64,000 nt of DNA, from sequence record LR756508.1, one strand, 5' to 3'. This document shows, piece after piece, positions 59,421 to 64,000 of this stretch. Position 1 is the stretch's first letter. Each line of letters opens with the position of its first letter. Position numbers and translations under genes: made by a program. Under the pieces are notes generated by a model. It ran no database searches. It was not told the origin of the DNA and saw only the letters and a program-made list of their open reading frames with translations.

Positions 59421-59825
59421 GTGAGACTGCTACCTTTGCTTTTAGAGGAAGTGTCAGAGAACGATCAAGAGTATTATATGTCAGAAGGCTGCACTTACTT
59501 CGCTTTAGCTCTTAACGAGGTATTTGATTATGAAATTCTTCTTCTCAAAGACGGGGCGAGAATGTGGGATGAAAATTTTCAAATGATCCCTCATGTGTTC
59601 TGTAATGATGATTACCTTCAGCCAGTCGATGTAAAAGGAAAAAGAAGCTTCCAAAGGGTTTTAAGCGATTTTCCTGAAGTTGAAGATCCAAGAACTGAAA
59701 AGGTTACATCTTCACGTCTAATTGAAAACTACATGGGACCTAGCAAACCTTTCTTCGATTACGACTCGGATGAAGTAAAAAGAGCTAAAGAAATAATTCA
59801 AAATAACAAAAAGTTGTTCAATTGA
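59421..59825 (+). CDS. hypothetical protein
   Basis: GCTYFALAL..PHVF. Confidence 0.65.
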   Translation: MRLLPLLLEEVSENDQEYYMSEGCTYFALALNEVFDYEILLLKDGARMWDENFQMIPHVFCNDDYLQPVDVKGKRSFQRVLSDFPEVEDPRTEKVTSSRLIENYMGPSKPFFDYDSDEVKRAKEIIQNNKKLFN

Positions 59826-59826
59826 T

Positions 59827-60072
59827 ATGGGCAAAGCTCCATTTTCACCACTAGCTAGACGTCTTTTTTCTGATAGAGAAACAGGCCATAAGATTGTGAA
59901 TGCGGCTCGAAAGGGGGGTGGGACGATTGAAGCTCACGACGGAAAAAAATATAAAGTTCGACCCGCTTCAAGATACAACCCAAAAGAACACGAAGAAGAT
60001 AACAATGATGAGTCTTTTTGGAGTAAACTTAAAAACTGCTTCTCTCCTCACATCAAATTCTCCGAAAGTTGA
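59827..60072 (+). CDS. hypothetical protein
   Basis: 81-aa ORF. Confidence 0.6.
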   Translation: MGKAPFSPLARRLFSDRETGHKIVNAARKGGGTIEAHDGKKYKVRPASRYNPKEHEEDNNDESFWSKLKNCFSPHIKFSES

Positions 60073-60219
60073 GTAACAGAAAATTCAGATCGAAGAGCCT
60101 GCTTACAACTACCCTCATCCTGCAGATCTTTGAACTACTGGTTAAGTTCTGCTTTGAGAGTGAATTTCTAAGAATATCTGAATATTTATAGACAGATTTT
60201 AAAATAAACTGCTGTTTTC

Positions 60220-60327
60220 ATGAGCCGATTTCATACGCTGCCACTTATTAATATTCTCAACGCCAACCTAGCACTGGCGAATAACAATCCTATATCTCTT
60301 TCTGGCAGTTCGGCTCTTGACGCTTAA
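60220..60327 (+). CDS. candidate Asn/Leu-rich attenuator leader peptide (35 aa)
   Basis: MSRFHTLPLINILNANLALANNNPISLSGSSALDA*; overlaps pairing segments 1 and 2. Confidence 0.5.
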   Translation: MSRFHTLPLINILNANLALANNNPISLSGSSALDA

Positions 60328-60390
60328 AACCTCATAATTATTGTTGTTTATAAGCCGAGCTGCCGAGAGGCGGTTCGGCTTTTGCTTTTG
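60222..60390 (+). promoter_or_regulatory. attenuator-like 1:2 / 2:3 / 3:4 structure with terminator hairpin
   Basis: Seg1 GAGCCGA..GCTGCCA, seg2 TGGCAGTTCGGCTC, seg3 AAGCCGAGCTGCC, seg4 GGCGGTTCGGCTT plus TTGCTTTTG. Confidence 0.6.
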
Positions 60391-60408
60391 CTTCAAACTT
60401 TCAAAACC

Positions 60409-60741
60409 ATGACAGAATATACTTTAAAAAGAGTAGAAGGCTTGTCTGAAGAGACTGAAACTGAAACTGTTGAGTATGAAGGACTAATTTACCTTGTTGA
60501 TATGCCGAAAAGCAGCCTGCCACTTTCAGATAAAATTAAGCTTCGAATATATTCAAATTTTGTTCGGAGTGAATTCTATAGAAAGCATGAAGATGTAAAC
60601 ACTAGCGAGTATGATGAAACAATGATCACTAACCTGTTGTATGTATGGTGGAATAAAAAAGATGGAGTAATTGAATATGACGTGATCTCAAAAGATTTTG
60701 AAATTTTGGACACAAACTGGTTTCATTTTGGTGGCGAATAG
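60409..60741 (+). CDS. hypothetical protein
   Basis: ATG 60409; ORF track starts at 60382. Confidence 0.6.
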   Translation: MTEYTLKRVEGLSEETETETVEYEGLIYLVDMPKSSLPLSDKIKLRIYSNFVRSEFYRKHEDVNTSEYDETMITNLLYVWWNKKDGVIEYDVISKDFEILDTNWFHFGGE

Positions 60742-60778
60742 TGATTCCGATTCGGTTTCTTGAACTCTAGTTTCTGGT

Positions 60779-61039
60779 ATGCTCAAGCCTTTTGAACATG
60801 GTTATGTATTGTCCCGCATTGACCAGGAGATTTTAAAGGAACAAGAAAAAGGAGGTTTCGTCAATAGAAGAAAAAAGGAACTGCAAGACCGAAAAGATGT
60901 AATGCAAATAAAGTTGAGTGAATACTTTGCTGAACGAATTGCATTCTCAACTTACGTTGAGGCTATAAGAGACTCCGTTGATAAAGTGAAGAAAGCAGGA
61001 AGTATAGGAACTTTTGATGAATTGAAAAAAGAGTTGTAA
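60779..61039 (+). CDS. hypothetical protein
   Basis: 86-aa ORF. Confidence 0.55.
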   Translation: MLKPFEHGYVLSRIDQEILKEQEKGGFVNRRKKELQDRKDVMQIKLSEYFAERIAFSTYVEAIRDSVDKVKKAGSIGTFDELKKEL

Positions 61040-61050
61040 CTTCATAAGAT

Positions 61051-61137
61051 GCCCGAGTGACGGAATAAGGAATACGTACGAGGCCGAGATTCTCGTGGCT
61101 GAGATAAGCCGTGTGGGTTCGAGTCCCTCCTCGGGCA
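61051..61137 (+). tRNA. tRNA-Leu(GAG)
   Basis: GCCCGAG/CTCGGGC, CGAGG-CCGAGAT-TCTCG, long variable arm GGCT/AGCC. Confidence 0.88.
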
Positions 61138-61157
61138 CTTCAAACTTTAAAAACTAT

Positions 61158-61230
61158 TCCTCGGTAATTCAACTGGTAGAATGCCGCACTGTTAATGCGG
61201 TCGTTGCTGATTCAAGTTCAGCCCGAGGAG
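61158..61230 (+). tRNA. tRNA-Asn(GTT)
   Basis: TCCTCGG/CCGAGGA, CCGCA-CTGTTAA-TGCGG. Confidence 0.9.
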
Positions 61231-61276
61231 CTTAATTTAATTGATAAAAAGAAAGCGTGAAGAAACTAAAACACGG

Positions 61277-61305
61277 TTGACAATCAACCCTCTCTTTTTT
61301 AAACT
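61277..61305 (+). promoter_or_regulatory. sigma70-like promoter upstream of the large ncRNA
   Basis: TTGACA-N17-TAAACT. Confidence 0.55.
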
Positions 61306-61311
61306 AAGTAT

Positions 61312-61940
61312 TCCACTAGTTGAGGAAGAGAGACTTGAAAAAAGATTCTTTGACATAATGCGAAAAGAGGCAGTAGGTCCGAGCAAGGGACAGGACCAAA
61401 AGCAGGCGCAGGTCTCCGTTCAGATCGGTTCGAATCCGATTTAGCCATGAGCCCTATAGGTAACGAGACTTGGCGGTTCGATTCCGCAACTGTTGGTAGC
61501 GACAAAACTGCTGGTTTCGTGCTGGCAAGTTGACGAAGCACGCACCACTGCGCTCACACAGTCACCTGAAAAGAGCGTAGTTTCCGACTGGATAGCTTAT
61601 CTGGTCGAGAGAGGTTACTGAAGCCATAGGTTTTCAAAAACACTGTGAGTTGAAACCCTCTATAAAAAGTTAATGGCCGGGTTGAAGGAGAAGTCGCCCT
61701 CGAAGCGGCTGCATGGTCAGGTTCAAATTCCACCCAACCCGGCTGGCCCGTTGCGGCCTACCATCGGATTTCAATCAGGATCGGCTGTGAAGCGTCTGAT
61801 CAACATGTGAAAGAAGAACCCCAATTGAAGTTCGGTCAGCAAACGCAACAAAATGGACTGCGAACTTGGAGGCTTTATAGGCTACGGTTCGAATCCGTTT
61901 TTCTGGCAAAAAAGAGGTTCAACTCCTCTCCAGTCCACAT
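61312..61940 (+). ncRNA. GOLLD-like giant structured RNA
   Basis: About 600 nt, GC-elevated, no convincing ORF; five T-loop-like hairpins; AAAACTGCTG..CGTGC and GTAGTT..CCGAC..GATAG..GGTCGAGAGA segments recalled from GOLLD; TGGACTG/CAGTCCA closing stem; follows tRNAs. Confidence 0.62.
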
Positions 61941-62149
61941 TCATTCAGAACCTATTATTTTACGTTTGATGAGTAGTATCTCGTGTTTTTCCAATTCATT
62001 AAACTATATTATGAAGCTGTTTCGACTTCGTCCGAATCCGAGTAGAGATTTAAAACGAATAGTAAAGGAAATATCTGCGGCCCATTTCCAGCTACGACAT
62101 TAAAACTAGATCCGTCGTTTGCGCAGAATTAGAGGAGGAGGTTCGTAAG

Positions 62150-62350
62150 ATGATTGAAGAAAACGCTGGTGATGAGATCTACGCCACCTATGGAAAGTGG
62201 TCTAACGGTGACACAGTTCGTGAAGAGCTGGAAGAAGACGAGTTTGTTCACTACGAAGGAGTCTGGACAAATGAAAACCTCGTTGAGTGCGTTGAACTTA
62301 GCGGAGAAGGTGAAGAAGGAATCGTTTTGAGTAGCTATAAACGCGAGTAA
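62150..62350 (+). CDS. hypothetical acidic protein
   Basis: 66-aa ORF; may be the 3' part of a frameshifted gene from ATG 62010. Confidence 0.5.
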   Translation: MIEENAGDEIYATYGKWSNGDTVREELEEDEFVHYEGVWTNENLVECVELSGEGEEGIVLSSYKRE

Positions 62351-62619
62351 AACACCGAAACATAATTTGGTTCCAATTTAAAGTCGATCATTAGTAATTG
62401 ACGTTTTGCAGTAAAACTAATAACTTTTTAAACAAATAATCTACATTCCAACCCCATGAAAACATTTTATCTCGTACAAGACAGGCAATCTTACGACTTA
62501 CTTTTTCAACCGAAAGATGGGCATACAAACCTTCCAGAAGTAACCATGAAAAACCTTCCACCCTCGGAGCTTGAGAATAATATCGTGTAGAGTTTGAGAA
62601 GGGCTTATATTCGGTTTTA

Positions 62620-63923
62620 ACCGAGTGATATATAAACCCTCTCTCATGATTCTGCACTGCAGAACCTTATAGAGGTACGACTGTTACTGACACTATCATG
62701 ACACACGAGATCAAGCGCACATATCAGTATCGGATTTATCCGAACGAGGGGCAGAGGCAAGAACTCGCTCGCACGTTCGGATGTAGCCGATGGGTGTATA
62801 ACTGGGCGCTTGAGACCAAAACGAAGGCGTACTACCAGGATGAAAAGTCGCTTTCGTTCACCGATCTCAGCAGCCGTCTCACTTCCAAGAAGAAAGAAGA
62901 GGAGACGGAGTGGCTTTCGGAGGTCAGTGCGGTCACGCTCCAACAGAGCCTTCGTAACCTGAATCAAGCGTTCATTAACTTCTTTGAGGGGCGGGCCGAG
63001 TATCCGTCCTTCAAATCGAAGAAGGGCGATCAGACAGCTCGATACGTCGGAAGCTCCTTCGACACCCGAAAGGAAAATGGAAAACGGAAGCTCTGGCTCT
63101 CGAAGATGCCAGGACTGGTTAATATTCGATGGTCGAGGGAGCTTCCTTCCGAGCCGAGTAGCTGCACCGTCACGAAAAACGCGGCGGGGCAGTACCACGT
63201 CTGCTTCGTCTGCAGCGAAGAGATCCAGACTCTCCCGAGAGTCAACGGAGAGGATGGCGATCTTCGGTTTGTGGGCGTAGACCTCGGCATAGAGAGCCTT
63301 TTGACGCTTTCGACTGGCGAGAAAGTCGGGAATCCGCGCTGGTTCGAAAACAAATATGATCGGCTTCGCAGAGAGCAACAGAAGCTCTCTCGAAAAGAGA
63401 AAGGATCGAACAACTGGGTGCGGCAGAAAAAACGTGTAGCGAAAGTCCACCAGCGCATTCAGGATCGGCGCAAAGACTTCATCGAGAAGCTGACCACACG
63501 ACTTGTCGAAAGCTGGGATGTGATCGTCGTTGAGGACCTTTCGGTGAAGGCGATGCAGCAGAACGAGAGTCTTGCTCGTCACATGGGACAAGCAGGATGG
63601 GGACAGATTGTCCGTCGCCTTAGAGACAAGTGCAGGTGGTACGGTCGCACGCTTGTGATCGCCGACAAGTGGTTCCCTTCCAGCCAGCGCTGTTCTGAAT
63701 GTGGAAATGTCGATGACAAGAAGCCGCTTGACGTTCGAGATTGGACGTGTCCTGAATGTGGAGAACATCACGACAGAGACATCAATGCAGCGAGGAATCT
63801 CAGTAGGGTCGGGCAGATCCGACTTCAAGCACCTGGAGACCTGGGTAAACCCGACGCGTTTGAGGTCGTCGGTTCCGGTCGATGAATGGTAGAATCCCTT
63901 GGATTTATCCTGGGGAGTGTCAA
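62620..63923 (+). mobile_element. IS200/IS605-family (IS1341-like) element, TnpB only
   Basis: Right-end hairpin TCCCTTGG-ATTTAT-CCTGGGGA, then GTGTCAA ending at 63923; left end uncertain (hairpin TTCTGC/GCAGAA at 62650-62664). Confidence 0.8.
62698..63885 (+). CDS. tnpB: TnpB RNA-guided endonuclease
   Basis: YRIYPN HTH, GVDLG, VEDL, CSECG..CPECG, DRDINAARN; RuvC D-E-D intact. Confidence 0.95.
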   Translation: MTHEIKRTYQYRIYPNEGQRQELARTFGCSRWVYNWALETKTKAYYQDEKSLSFTDLSSRLTSKKKEEETEWLSEVSAVTLQQSLRNLNQAFINFFEGRAEYPSFKSKKGDQTARYVGSSFDTRKENGKRKLWLSKMPGLVNIRWSRELPSEPSSCTVTKNAAGQYHVCFVCSEEIQTLPRVNGEDGDLRFVGVDLGIESLLTLSTGEKVGNPRWFENKYDRLRREQQKLSRKEKGSNNWVRQKKRVAKVHQRIQDRRKDFIEKLTTRLVESWDVIVVEDLSVKAMQQNESLARHMGQAGWGQIVRRLRDKCRWYGRTLVIADKWFPSSQRCSECGNVDDKKPLDVRDWTCPECGEHHDRDINAARNLSRVGQIRLQAPGDLGKPDAFEVVGSGR

Positions 63924-64000
63924 CGCGATAGCGATGAGGCCGAGAGGTTTGTCAATCGACACCCTGAACGACCCGGATTCCAAGTCCGTCAAGTCCAGAT

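Noticed and set aside
61241-62103. ORFs 61241..61444, 61299..61541 and most of 61807..62103
   Set aside because: They overlap the GOLLD-like RNA and have no protein motifs.
62644-63828. 394-aa minus-strand ORF
   Set aside because: It is the antisense shadow of tnpB in GC-rich DNA.
1-64000. CRISPR array
   Set aside because: No regularly spaced identical repeats. The six clamp cassettes are dispersed and paired by inverted stems.
1-64000. Genome-wide TAG reassignment
   Set aside because: Many genes end at TAG directly before an out-of-frame next gene (e.g. 41318, 55449, 58588), and long conserved genes contain no internal TAG.

Overview
This is a gene-dense, almost entirely plus-strand segment of what looks like a large (jumbo) bacteriophage genome. 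The host is probably a halophilic Rhodothermota/Bacteroidota such as Salinibacter; this is inferred from the acidic, host-like DnaK and TnpB and from A-rich start sites lacking Shine-Dalgarno sequences. The window encodes chaperones (DnaK, ClpC-like, SPFH, MoxR-VWA), DNA and nucleotide enzymes, IF-1, a chorismate mutase, two homing endonucleases, a 13-kb glycosyltransferase/sulfotransferase cluster, an RNA repair pair (Rnl1-type ligase and HD-Pnk), a macrodomain, 12 linear tRNA genes (many non-canonical), a GOLLD-like giant RNA and a TnpB-only IS200/IS605 element. The main new observation is a family of six non-coding cassettes at 14.2-19.3 kb. Each has a covarying 7-8 bp closing stem and a conserved CAGCA(A) motif, and they enclose circularly permuted tRNAs (anticodon/T-arm first, acceptor stem closed by a short loop, D-arm last) or isolated stem-loops. 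The second is a trp-style attenuator candidate with an Asn/Leu-rich leader peptide upstream of the tRNA-Leu/tRNA-Asn/GOLLD block. All calls were made by eye, with no database searches.
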